Both the position numbers and the translations under genes were made by a program. The notes under the pieces are model-generated. The model made no database searches. It worked only from the letters and a program-made list of their open reading frames with translations, and was not told the origin of the DNA. Positions 35,801 through 46,300 of a stretch of DNA of 64,000 nucleotides are shown piece after piece. Every line of letters begins with the position of its first letter. Positions within the stretch are counted from its first letter, which is position 1. Source of the stretch: Zootoca vivipara (Eukaryota); the NCBI RefSeq assembly GCF_963506605.1, contig NC_083287.1, positions 58,342,001 to 58,406,000 of the forward strand, read 5' to 3'.

Positions 35801-36521
35801 TCTAAACAAACAAAGCTTCTTGATGTATATTTGCTCTAGGAGTCTTAGTTTGGTTAGAATCAAGTATACAATTGCAGCATTAATGCTAAATACTTCTGGT
35901 CACCGAGCCTCCATAGCTGCTAGAAGGCTGTGAAATATTATGTCCCGGGCTTTTTAGACTCATCCAAAAATTTGAAACCCAAGGGGTGCATTGGTTGCCA
36001 GATGTGAAAAATATGAGCATTATTTTCAGCTCTTCTACCCCACTCTTAAAAACACCTTGCAACCATAAAAACCAAGGTGGATCCTCGTCACAAGCAAGGC
36101 TGACCTGCCCCTGTAGTAAAAGGCCATTTGCCAGACCTGGTACCAGCCACTTATTAATACTGAGGAATAGAATCTTGATGATTTCTGCAGCTGCTCGGCA
36201 GCAAGAGCCTCTGCAGCAGAAGGCAAGTCCCTGCTTTGTTACGACGTTCTCTCTTGTATCCCTTGCAGTGGGGCAGAGGATCACCACGGCTACGTCTGGG
36301 ACCGGCACTACGGGATCTGCTTGGCCAAGCTGCAGCACAGCGACGTGGTCAACTCGGTGGCCTTCAGCCCCGTGGAACAGGAACTCTTGCTAACGGCCAG
36401 CGATGATGGGGCCATCAAAGTGTGGCGCTCCCCCCGCACCGTGAGGCTCCTTCAGGCCGAGAAGCCGCAGCGGCAGCCGCAGAAGTTCCCCTTCTCTTGG
36501 GCCATGAACCGGAGGAGGTGA
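23819..36521 (+). CDS. FBXW5: F-box/WD repeat-containing protein 5, spliced; internal exons missing from this assembly
   Basis: Exons 23819-24002 (F-box LPDSILFEIFLYL...VCQQW), 24847-25004 (HSDQVLHLSFSH...SCSKDCTVK), 26138-26312 (YTQFSQFNADDSLLLVSG), 27016-27164 (NKPYDVFGCWL...WLNNAFQ) and last exon 36269-36521 (GAEDHHGYVWDRHY...LTASDDGAIKVWRSPR). The exons encoding DVESENVNVV through DFVAS were not found. Confidence 0.93.
24210..24352 (+). mobile_element. tRNA-Lys-derived SINE with CR1-like tail
   Basis: tagctcag..gtagagca...ctcttaatctcagggttgtgggtttgagccc head followed by the ttcctgcattgcagggggttggactagatgacc tail. Confidence 0.75.
25583..25824. mobile_element. Tc1/mariner (Tigger-like) MITE
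   Basis: cagtcaaaccttggtt...aaccgaggtttgacta inverted termini. Confidence 0.6.
27715..28000. mobile_element. Tigger-like MITE, TA TSD
   Basis: ta|CAGTGGTGCCTCGCT...AGCGAGGCACCACTG|ta. Confidence 0.85.
28287..28714 (+). repeat. 5' LTR (428 bp)
   Basis: TGTGAGGG...CTGTGACA; two AATAAA; appears identical to 33669-34096. Confidence 0.95.
28757..29983 (+). CDS. gag: Gag (coiled coil, capsid, CCHC zinc knuckle), PEG10/sushi-like
   Basis: KFNGDP...RVAFIVEHLTGAAREW...LRQGNMTVRAY capsid motifs, EPMQID, CFLCNSPQHLVRDC. Confidence 0.92.
   Translation: MSVSEAEKWRQIAEQAQLELQQLSLQAQGELKAAKEETKKVQDDRLQLAEQVRELQEKEQHLRAVAVDLQNKLDAEKNKAGGAPQVQVLPGRRAGTLVSKFNGDPKEFQGFETEIVYALELHHDEFPDDEHRVAFIVEHLTGAAREWLRPLIATRNPCMKNVKLFLEGLKTMYSSDSHMDQTKEELHNLRQGNMTVRAYWAKFTMLVHRLGWDLESAPMQAAFYLGLHEEVKDELSRGPKPSNMDQLSKAALAVGVRQESRWSDKQATRAKRAWFPRSQEKPLPQQPFQATPGASQDQEPMQIDSARARAFQTPAAPRRKEGRGGNCFLCNSPQHLVRDCPHRREWQGKAGTVVPSPTDAAPQQGNGKAWLQETRGGSQAQSADNSPSPPTRTERSRASPPLPEQEWF
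29854..33972 (+). CDS. pol: Pol polyprotein (protease, RT, RNase H, integrase, chromodomain, C-terminal extension), entered by -1 frameshift
   Basis: LIDSGAS; LDLRGAY, MPFGL and FLDDIL; ETDAS...RELLAI...TDHKNL; H-H-C-C and DFITDL...SDRG...AERVN; GPF; YLMAW..P...EW chromodomain. No stops from the GGGAAAC slippery site (29848-29854) to 33972. Confidence 0.93.
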   Translation, partial: RESLAAGDKGRQPGTVSRQQPQPTHPHREEQSQPTPPRAGVVLEVTLTLPNGYPLTVLALIDSGASANFFSRNFAEEHQIQLLQLDFPLHVATIDGRELLGGAITHQTPPMRMTVGRHSETLAFNVTTISDPPIVLGMSWLARHDPSISWHQRCITFGSDFCLEHCMQHQPGEGPPIATVATMHVKGGEAIPKPYWDLQEVFSEAESDHLPPHRPFDCQINLVPGATIPPAKLYAMSDQELEDLRAFIDKNLKRGFIRESKAAGGSPVFWVDKKDTQQRRLVVDFRRLNSVTEPVAFPMPRVDDLLTAARRGKIFTKLDLRGAYNLIRIREGDEWKTTMFTPLGSFEYLVMPFGLQGGSACFQAFMHHVLGSLLFRKCLVFLDDILIYSNDPVQHVKDVREVLQRLKENHLYVKLEKCKFHTKEVDFLGYKLSDKGLAMDKDKVQTILDWHSPRTRKDAQRLLGFANFYRKFIKNFSRVTAPITDCLRGKQKFRWTPEAQAAFESLKRVFASDQNLFHVVQDAPLRIETDASDKAVGAILLQLDANREWRPCAFFSRKLTQPERNYTVFDRELLAIHAAFQHWRHFLVGAKHPIQVCTDHKNLEFWRTARVLNQRQIRWAEFFSNFNFSIHYIPGEQNVRADALSRKPEYMEEEAPPAPRHIFPPSAWSCGAAVVSEAELTALTAADEFANRIFRELRGGREQAKDFAERRGLLFYKGALYLPTTQLRRTVLKQMHDNPTAGHFGRDKTTHLVMRHFWWPGVREDVRDYVRGCTTCQRAKVVRAAPPGLLEPLATPHRPWEVVSMDFITDLPSSRGKTAVLVVVDLMSKMCHFIPCARAVSAEETAKLFVDHIFRLHGLPLRVISDRGRQFVSRFWRRLMNLLQVEVSLSTARHPQTNGQAERVNAILQQYLRCYVSQRQTDWVDRLPLAEFAYNNAVHVSTGVSPFKANYGRDLRSFPEREREEEEEGPQAEDWAEELETVHQQLREHLERAKEAYKKGADRHRRQGEVIRVGDKVWLSSEGLPTRGRCKKLAPKWLGPFTVTQQVNPVAYRLALPEDMRVHPVFHRSLLSPYRESSRLRDSEQTPEGGGERESREQLNEATAILDSRWGVGGLEYLMAWEDAPPSQNEWVPATQIQEEFLVEEFHALFPHRPKPWHMEREGEEEEARENSSPWRWEAEFEEPEDEVWVSPRSTQSEEGADWQNIFTPTSSDATDFLGFPSSQAEGGGSQDWGEVFTPTGSESTEFLGFQSSPTHGGGLGRGEGELGRGVDVRDRGYREVPPLLSSSPSPSKGESRESSDSSGEAGSRVRGSGKVEEPGSQVGQEGASKGGRPIPPTPELRRKRRGKRMGLPKLLCWRKTRQKPLGGSETD
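33669..34096 (+). repeat. 3' LTR (428 bp)
   Basis: Preceded by the PPT gggaggggggtgga; same sequence as the 5' LTR. Confidence 0.95.
34483..34682. other. Assembly gap (200 N)
   Basis: Run of N; the round length suggests a gap of unknown size. Confidence 0.99.
34683..35670 (-). mobile_element. Probable L1/Tx1-type LINE 5' region abutting the gap
   Basis: CpG-rich 5'UTR-like end (35430-35670) followed by A-rich sequence on the minus strand; no intact ORF. Confidence 0.4.
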
Positions 36522-39500
36522 ACCGAACTGTCGTGGCCCTGCGACCTGCAAGGTGTCTGCTTGCTGCGGCCAGGCTCCCTCATGGAAAACCCTGCCGTAG
36601 ACAGACAGCCGGGCCCAGTGGCCATGGGTGAGACCAGAAGGGAGTTCTTGAGTTTTGGGGGTGGGGTTTGCTGGCTAAGAGTGGAAACACAATCCGCTTC
36701 CTTTTAAGAGGCTTCACTGCATAGGAAAATGCAGTGGCATAGCATGGAGGGGGGCCACAGGGGCAGTTGCCTTGGGCACAAAATGGTTAGGGGTGCAGAT
36801 ATTGACACCCGGGGCTGCCTCAGCACAGCTGTGTGCTTCTGCCACTGGGGTCCATTCAAAATGGCTTCTTCATGAGATCCAGGAAGTGACCTCTCCAGAC
36901 ACCGGAACGACTCTTCTTTTCTTATCTCTGTGGCTGCGATCTCCTGGGTGATGCAGGCGCCATTAGGCAGTTGAATGCACATGCATACTGTACTCCATTT
37001 GTTTCCCTCCCACCAACCCACCACCCTCCGCACAGTCCCGGGCACTGGCAACCCACGCTATGGCACTGCTTCTCAGTTAAGGCAACTGGCAGAGCCCTGG
37101 GGAAAGCACAAGAGGGCGCAGTATTAACATGTCGCACCAGAAGCCTCCAAGCCCCTCTTCTCTCCCACCACCCACCCACTGATCTCCTTCTGTTTCCATG
37201 GGCAGAAACAGAAGTGTTTCCGCAGGGCTCCTGTTCTACAGCCGATCATGAAATAGGGCCCTGGCCAAGCCCCTCCCGCTCATCTCTAGGTAGATTGAAA
37301 AACACACTTAACTTATTATTTTCCCTGAGCACCAGGTTTGTGTTTTAGCCAGAAATCAGTCTGTGGGGAAGCCTCGCACTCCAGAGGGTCCAGGGCGATC
37401 GGGGTCTCTGGCTCTGCCCAGTAAGCCAGTCGGAAACATGCCTTTGGCTGTTGCTGGGCTGAGCCGCCACCCGCTCCTCTTTCCCTCCTGGTTGCAGAGT
37501 TTTTGCAACCAGGGTGGCGCTCACCCTGGTTGCAGCTGCTCTTTGCTTTTGTCCAGAGCACTCCCCAACACCCACTTTGCTTTTACATGCAGGCCAAGAG
37601 GAGAAAGAGAGTTGCTGAGTGGGGGGTGGGGGTGGGGGTGGCAAGCACAGTGCCAAATGGAGAGGGAATTTGAGGGTTAGCTTTTCCTTTTCCATAGCTG
37701 CCAAGTCCCTGCTTGCTGGTCGGATGTACCTCTAGGTGCCCCATCTGGCTTCCTTGCACCACTTGAAAGCTTGCATGGAAGCAAAGCAGCCTCTGCCCAG
37801 ACCTCCCTCCTGGGTGGACCTTTGGGGCACTTCCCTGCTTCCTGCAGCATCCATGGAAACGTGGGGCTTCTGTTTCCAAAGCTGTAGCAAGACAGGGCAG
37901 CTGAGCCATTAAGAAAGATCAGTGGAGCCATTTAAAACTAGATTTTAGAAGCCTGGGAGCTTGGAGGGCAGGGGATGGTGGGTCAGGGCAGGGAAAGGAG
38001 CTATAAAGGAAAAATAGAAATAAAGGCTGGTTGGTTGGTTCTCGTAAGTCCCCCTGAAGAACAGGGCGGGAGAGAGACTGGCAGATACTGGTCCAATACT
38101 ATATTAATTGCAGAGTTTGGCTCTCCTTTTAAGAATGTGGGAAAGACTTTTCCATTACATTGCTAGAGGATGCACTTTGGAAAACCCACACGAAAGTTTT
38201 GCATGGATCAAATAATTGGAAATCTGGCATTATTACAAGTAATGGCCAAGACTGTTCCCACTGGATACTTGGATCCAGGTTTTCTTTCCCTAGAGAAAGA
38301 GGTGGTGGAACTTGCTGAGCACCCACACGAAGTTGTTGAGCCCCAGACGCCATGTTGCCCGCCAGCACACGGCCCCAAGAGCTGCCAGAATGCACCAAGG
38401 AGGTGCTGGAACTCGGTTCCGTTGAGTTCCAGCTGAAGAAAAAGCCCTGCTTAGAACCATAGAATTGTTGAGTTGGAAGGAGCCCCAAGGCTCAGCTGAT
38501 CCAACCTCCTACAATGCAGGAATTCTATGAAGAGTATTTAATGTGGGGTGGATATGAAATATGAAAGAAGAATCTCAGACAACAACAAAAGCACCATTCA
38601 GTTTTTTAAAAGAACAGTTTAAGCAGTTCCGACAAATGAAAGCATCGGCCCTCTCTCTGCTTTGCAGCTAGTTCTGCGGCCGGGAGGTGTAAATTGGCTG
38701 CATGTGCAGAGATCATAGAATTGTAAAGGGATCAAAAGGGACCATCTAGTCCAACCCCCTGCTCAGCAGGTGCCAGGCAAGCGGGAGGGAGAGGTAGTTG
38801 CAGATGGCAACTCTCTCCTGCTCTCTCCTGCTGACCTTGCCACAAACAGCAGTCTCTTGCTTCCCGGAACCCAATGGGCTCTGAACAGATGCAATTTTGG
38901 CTTTAGATGTGATCTTTGAAACACAACCCCCTGTGTCAGTTGCGGGCCTAATGTAGAAATAAATACCTAGCAGTAAGAGCTGATCAACCAGGGGATGGAG
39001 AGTGGCGGACTCTCCTTCCTTCCTTGGAGGTTGGGTGGCTGCCTGTCGTAGATGCTTGGATTGAGAGTCCTGCATTGTAGGGGGCTGGAGCAAAGGATCC
39101 TCAGGGTTTCTTCCGACTCGACAAATTCAATGATTCTTTCCAAAAAAAGGGTGTGTGTTCAGTTTTAAGTGTTCAGGGAGAGAGTGAATTTCGAGCAGCG
39201 AGTACGAGAGGCTGGCATTTTAAATATTTTGAGTGCGACTAAATACAACCTATTAACACTTAAGAATACAAAAAAAAACCCCAACCCACATCTTTTTTGA
39301 GCAAGTTCTGCTTGTCTTGGTGGTAGTCCTTATGTGTGAATAAAAGAAGGAAATGGCGAAGTGGAAGTCTGAGATTCCAGCTTTCTGAGAATGCAGCCGC
39401 ATGTCAGAACCGAGGGCGATTGCAGCAGTTTTTGCATCCTGAAGTTTAAAGTTGTGGGGTGACTTTCTCAGAGGGTTTGTGCTGTGAACCAGATTATATT

Positions 39501-40117
39501 GTTGACATGGCTTGTTTTCATATTCTGGGAACACTTCTCAGGTTTATGTCGTCCCTCTCCTTAAACAATGATCAAGTAGCCACAAAAGTCTTTACATTGG
39601 GAAACATTCCATTATCTGGAACGCACCAGAGGTTTTTATTCATTTGTTTAGGAGCACATGCTGAGGTATAAACAATTTGCAAACTGGACTTCATCCAAAT
39701 GCTCCATCTCTTCGTCCAGACTCTAGAACCAAAACCAGAACCAGTTTCAATCCATGTGCAAACACTGAAGGTTTACGGCATCATTCTGTCCTTTGGTGCT
39801 AAGGTTGCAGTCCTTGATGGAGTCGCCTTGGAGTAACCATCACGAAACTTAGTGGAACTTACTTCTGAGTAGGCAAGGATAGCATCGCCCTGTTAAAAAT
39901 AACAACAAAAATGGGGTTTAAAGAAAAATTGCACTCTGCTTGCACTGTGGGTCTTGAAACTTTGATGAAATTGGGACCAGTTTCGTGGCAGGCAACCCAT
40001 GTCCCTCTGTACCAAACTTTTGTGTGCTGGAGGCCCTCAGCTCTGCCTCCCATGAGATGCCCTGTCTCCCCCCAAAGTCCAGCAATCGCTGGTGCTTATG
40101 TCCACATAAATCACGGT

Positions 40118-40255
40118 CTCACAGAATTGTAGAGTTAGAAGGGACCACGGGGGTCATCTAGTCCAACCCCCTGCAATGCAGGAACCCTTGGCCCAAAGTG
40201 GGCCTCAAACCCACAACCCTGAGATTAAGAGTCTCATGCTCTGTCAACTGAACTA
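40118..40255 (-). mobile_element. tRNA-Lys(CTT)-derived SINE with CR1-like tail
   Basis: agagcatgagactcttaatctcagggttgtgggtttga head plus the standard tail; directly follows the tRNA-Glu copy. Confidence 0.75.
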
Positions 40256-40257
40256 CA

Positions 40258-40324
40258 TTCCCTGACTGGGAATTGAACCTGGGCCACGACAGTGAGAGCA
40301 CTGAATCCTAACCACTAGGCCACC
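40258..40324 (-). pseudogene. tRNA-Glu(CTC) pseudogene
   Basis: Reverse complement ggtggcctagtggttaggattcagtgctCTCactgtcgtggcccaggttcaattcccagtcagggaa matches tRNA-Glu-CTC with CpG decay; the 5' acceptor strand is missing. Confidence 0.8.
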
Positions 40325-41232
40325 TGCTTGCGGGGGAAGTAGATACTTTCACATAATCAATCCCCTCACCTCCATCTCCCTCCAGGCTGGAAGGGGGCAG
40401 GGGCTGAGATGATTTACAGCCACGAGTCAAGCGGGAATCGAGGCTCCCTTCCTGAATTTGTGCTCGCTATCCAGTCTCAGGAGATCTGGGACAGGCCTGG
40501 GTTGCAGCTGCTGCGCTGGATTGCGTTTTGCTCCCTGTTTTGCAGAGCTAACGGCCACCATTGGGCTTCCTGCTCCATGTCTAGGGGCTGTCTCTGGTCC
40601 TGCATTTTGGCCAGGGAGGACACCCCTCCCCAGAGAGGCTTTTGGAACTGCAGTCTGCCAGGGAAGGTCCTGAAGGAGCCCAAAGACATGGAGAAGCCAA
40701 GCAGCAGGAAGATTACAGCAAATTAACCCAAATTTGACCGGAATGAGAGTGGCCAGTCCCTCACCCCTTTTTTTTAATGCCCCCTGACATCCCCCACTTT
40801 ATCTTCTGCTTCAAAGAGCCAGACCGGGCAAAGGGGGGAGGGTTTCACTTTCTCACACAAATAACACATGCTGTACCTTTCCTTCCTTCCCCATCTAGGC
40901 AACCATTCCCCAGCTGCTGCCCAGCCCAGAGCCAGCTTCCTCAGAGCAAAAGTGCAAAGGAGGTTGAGCCAGGAAAATGCCAGCAAGTCAGGGCTCAGTT
41001 GCCCCGTGGCCAGGCTAAGCTTGGCCTGAAAGCCACCTCCCTTTAGAAGCAGAGTGGGGTCTCGAGGCATCAAGCCAGAGCCAGCGCAACTCCTTTCTCA
41101 GGGCAATGAGACTGATGGGTTAGGGACTGCTCTGCTGCAACTGTCCACATGTTGCTAGCCCCCACCCTGGTTTCCTAACCCCCCTGAAATGCCAGGGGTA
41201 GGAAGCCTGGCTCTTTTGGTGCTGACCTTTAA

Positions 41233-41606
41233 TTTAAGTGTTGGTGCTGACGTTTAAAGCCCTAAACGGCCTCAGTCCAGAATACCTGAAGGAGCATCTC
41301 CACCCCCATCGTTCTGCCCGGACACTGAGGTCCAGCACCAAGGGCCTTCTGGCAGTTCCCTCATTGCGAGAAGCCAGGTTGCAAGGAACCAGGCAGAGGG
41401 CCTTCTCGGTGGTGGCGCCCGCCCTGTGGAACACGCATCAGATGTCAAAGAGAAAAACAGCTACCAGATTTTTAGAAGACATCTGAAGGCAGCCCTGTTT
41501 AGGGAGGCTTTTAATATTTAATAGATTATTTCATTTCATTTTTCTGTTGGAAGCCGCCCAGAGTGGCTGGGGAAACCCAGCGAGATGGGCGGGGTATGAA
41601 TAATAA

Positions 41607-41657
<51 letters not shown>

Positions 41658-41658
41658 T
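41233..41658 (+). mobile_element. L2-type LINE 3' fragment with (ATT)n tail
   Basis: KVLVLTFKALNGLSPEYLKEHL...RAFSVVAPALWN. Confidence 0.8.
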
Positions 41659-43386
41659 TCACACACACACCCCTTTCCAATGATTCAGCCCCTGGTGACT
41701 CCTTGCCCCAGAGCATGCACAGAGAAACACCCACATTGGCTGATCCCGGAATGTCCTGCTTGTCCTCAATAGGACATCCCTATTTTCATCGGAGAAATGT
41801 TGGAGGGGATGGGATAGAAACACTTCTTCTGAATTGGAGCAAATGGCAGAAAATCCCATTCAGCTGTAAACCTACCGGTTTTGGGGGAGGGGGGAGCAAG
41901 GCAAACAGAGGTGTGGATAAGTCCCACATCTTACATAAAACATTGGTAACCTCCAATATATGAACCTATGCATCATATTATGGTGAGCCTACTTCTCCCC
42001 TCCCCATTTTTTATCCTCACAACCACCCTGTGAAGTAGGCTTTGCTGGGAGAGAGAGGGAGAGATTCTTAAGGGAGAGCCATGGGGTTTGAACTGGGGTA
42101 TCCCTAGTCTTAGCCTGAGACTCTAATGCCACACATGGGGACTTCATTACTGTATGTATGGGTTGGTTGTGGGTGCTTTTTAAAGAAGATTAACTGAACA
42201 CATCAGAGATTCCAGAGCACCAAGAATAAAAAGCTCTATGTTACATCAAGAAAAAAAAGCACACCAATTAAGTGTTACTTATCCCAAATTCCTTGGGAGA
42301 CTTGTGGAAGAGACAAAAGTAGATTTTCTCTTTTTTTCATGTATTTCAAGAAAATCCCACCAAATGGAGACAAAAGCGATTGCCTTTGTTTTGACTTTCA
42401 AAAAATGAGTGAACCACTGGGATTTTCATGTAATGCGATGGTTCATATCTTATCCACCATAATGAGGTGTTAATTTCAGACAATGTTTTCCATCTTTGGG
42501 CAATCGACAGACGTGCAGCAATAAGAGAGTAATTCAACAAATCTTTCCATTTTGCATTTTATTATTAATAGTAATAATAATAATACCAACTTGGGGGAGG
42601 GATCTTTTGGGATCTTATTTATTTCACCCAAAACCCTCTGTCAAAACTGCTGCACCACTATGCAGTTCCACCCAAGGTGGTGGTAGGTGCCTTTGACGCC
42701 ACGATTCCTCCAGCCACCCAGAGATGCACTCGAGGACATTACTGTGTTTGTGTTGAAGGTACTGTACTTGATTATCTCTGTCCCAGAGATTCTGTCCCAG
42801 GGGCTTTAACATTCTGGGCACGCTCTGAACACAGTCCAAGGAAGCAGATTCCCCCCCAGCATATCCTTTCGCTCAATATCCTCTTCATGCTCAGGGTTTA
42901 TCCACACATCCTCTGGCCCCTCTGCTTTCCCTTGGGGGAAACTGCTCTTTAGAGCTCTGTCAGAGCAAACAGCAATCTGGGTTTTCTACAGAGTGATGTT
43001 TCCTCCGATCTAGAGCTAAAGAATGGGTTTCCCCTGGGAAAGGAGGGGGGCAAGGGGGAAACTGCTTGGGCCCATGCTTTCTCGGCATGGGACAAGTGTG
43101 GAGAAGCCCTCATGGAGTTGGAAGGGACCCCCAAGGGTCATCTAGTCCAACCCCTGCGATGCAGGAATCTCAACTAAAGCATCCAGGTCAGATGGCCACC
43201 GGACCTCAGCTTGGAGAGCTCCAAGGACGGAGAGTCCACCACCTTCCACCACTTTGACTGCCTTGACACCTTGGGCTATTCATCAATGCATATAATAGCA
43301 TAACTTTCCTGCTACATCAGGAAAGGATGGCATGCAGTGGAGGAAGGCGGCACAAGGGGGATCTCCCACCCAAAGATGGGTCCCAT

Positions 43387-46300
43387 CTAAAACTCTCCTT
43401 GAACCAGCTCCTCACTGGGCTCGCTCTCAAACCCGTCTCCGTAAACTGCGATGACCCGAACAGCGGCCGCCTTCTTCAGAGAACATTTGGGGAGCCAACA
43501 GCTCTCAACTTTCTCTCCTGTTCTCTGCTCTTCCCATTTGCCGTCTGCCCTTCTCCTGAGCTGCACCTTGTACTCCTTTATCACAATGCCGTCTGCAACG
43601 AAGCTGGGGCTGCCCCACGTGACCTGGAGTTGGCTGCTGAAGCAGGAACCTCTAGGCCTCAGGGCTGGTTTCCCTGGGGGGCTTGAACGGCAGGTGGTGT
43701 CCACCACCCCACTCACATCACTGAAAGGACTGAGGCCTGTTTTGGTCTCCACAGCATATCTAAATTCATATTTTGTTTCTGGCTCCAGTCCTGTGACCCA
43801 GAACTTTGCCTGGCTGCCTTTGACGTGTGCAAACACCCATTTTTCCTCCCCCAGAACCCTGTGCTGGACATAATATCCCGATATCGCCCCTTTCTCAGAC
43901 TCTGCTGGCTTGAATGTCAGCTGGAACCGGTCCCAGGAGACAGCATCTGCCAGCGGGGGGAGAGGTTTAGACAGAAGGTCTAATTTGGTTCCTTCCAGAG
44001 ACCCACTTTGGTATCGGATGATCACGGCACCCGGATCACTCTCATCAGCCTGTGAGGTCACCACAAACCGACCCTCTCCAGGCTGAGAAAACAGAGAGTA
44101 TCCTGAAAAGACCATGGCCGCCTTCTGGACTCTCTTGAGTAGGCCTTTGTCCTCAAACCACGGAGCAAAGCTCTTGTCTCCTGCAGAAGTCTCTGGCTTG
44201 GGTTCGCATACTTGATCCAAGGCTGCGTTTAACTTCTCCAAGTAGGGCTCTTTCGCTTGCAATGAGGTGAACGTAAATGCAACGACGATGTCAATTTTGG
44301 GATCGAGGACCCTCTTCACCACCTCATCCTGGGAAGATACCTTCCCCTTTGACAACTCCAGGAAGAAGTTGACGTAATAGATCTCTCGGAACTTCAGATC
44401 CAGGAATTTGTGGAGCCACCGGCTTCTGAATGTCGACTGCTGGTGCTTCCTCAGGGTGTCCCCCAAGGCACCTTCTTGCACTGCTCCGGCACGAATCGCA
44501 GGCAACAGCCCTGCCACCTGCTTCTGGAAAGCCCGCCTGCACTGCCGGCACAGATCTTGGAACTTCAGGGTTTTATTCTGGATTTCTGGGAAGGCGGTGG
44601 CAGTGGGCTCCTCCAGGAGGTCGTTGCACCTCCTGTCGACTTCCCCCAGCTGCTCCAGTGCTTCCTCGACGTCCGAGATCAGCTTAGAACTGACTTGACG
44701 CACGAGCCTTGCAGCCTTGGACTCCAGCCTGTTCAGTGGGTACAGCCAGACTTTCACAGGCACGGCCTTCTCCCCTTGGTCACCCAGCAGTTTAGGGAGG
44801 CTGGAATATACTTTCAAGGCTTCCTCGTAGCTGGTTGGGTTGCTTTCTAGCGCAATGTCCCCATGGAAGGTGCAGCTGAATTTCTTAGCCGCAGCCTTTT
44901 CCTCGCCTTCCAGCTCGGCCTCTTCCTTTCCTTGGCAAACCAGAGGAACTTTGGCCACCATCACATGGAGTTTGGCTCGAATATCTCGGACACTCTCGGA
45001 GGAAGAAGATATTTGGTCAAACACAAAGAAGGCGTGGGCTCCATACAGGATGCCAACGACCACATGGGTGCCCGGCCCTTTGCTGAAGACCTCTGGGTAA
45101 GTGATATGTTGCGGCCCAATCTGGCGCATGGTCAGCTGCTCAAAATGTGTGGTGGCCGAGTACTGGAGGGTCACGCGGGCCTGGCATGTGGACTTCCGGG
45201 CATCCAAGAGGAATTTGGCTGATCCGTCCACCTTGACCAGCCCCGCCAAGAAACTGGCCTTCAGCGATTCTGAGACATCCAGCGCATGGGTTTTGTGGGA
45301 GGTTGTGTCAGATTCAATGACTTGCGTTGCAGTGTTGGGTTGTGGCCGCGCATCAATGTTTTCCTTCAGTGCCCCGGGATCCCACAAAGTGATGCCTGCA
45401 ATTAAACAGAGACGCAGCGAAAAGTCAGTGCAATGGCATGTGAAATTGCATGCGAGATATTGGACGCTCCGTTATGCCCAACCCCTTCGCCAATATGTAT
45501 GCAGACAGTTCTATTGCGGTTCCAAAAGAACATGACAATCCACATCCTCTTAGGTTTGCCTAAAGGTAAAGGGACCCCTGACCATTAGGTCCAGTCGTGA
45601 CCGACTCTGGGGTTGCGCGCTCATCTCGCATTATTGGCCGAGTGAGCCGGCGTACAGATTCCAGGTCATGTGGCCAGCATGACAAAGCCGCTTCTGGCGA
45701 ACCAGAGCAGCACATGGAAACGCCGTTTACCTTCCCACCGGAGCGGTACCTATTTATCTACTTGCACTTTGACATGCTTTCGAACTGCTAGGTTGGCAGG
45801 AGCTGGGACCGAGCAACGGGAGCTCACCCCGTCACAGGGATTCGAACCGCCGACCTTCTGATCAGCAAGCCCTAGGCTCAGTGGTTTAACTCACAGCGCC
45901 ACCTGGGTCCCGGGAGGCAATAAAGTCTTATGCAACATAAGAACATCAGAAGAGCATCTTCTGGATCAGGCCAAAGGGGGCCTGTCTGGTCCAGGACCCT
46001 GTCCTCACAGTGGCTGACCAGGTGTTAGATTTGGTTACATGCTACTATGACTGATGGCAAGTGAAGTCCAATGGAGAGTGAGGACACTGTGATGCAAACG
46101 AGCGTAAGAGTCTTGCTGGATCTAGTCCAGGATGCTGTTCTCGCAGGAACCAGAAGCCTTGCTGCCTCCATCTGTGATAACCATCATGGCTAATAGCCAC
46201 CGAGAGCCCTTTTGGTGCCCAGCTGCCGTCAAGCCCAGCCAGCACACAGCTGTATGATGCTGTGGGGAGTTACAGGCAGGTGAAAGGGCAGAAAGCAAAA

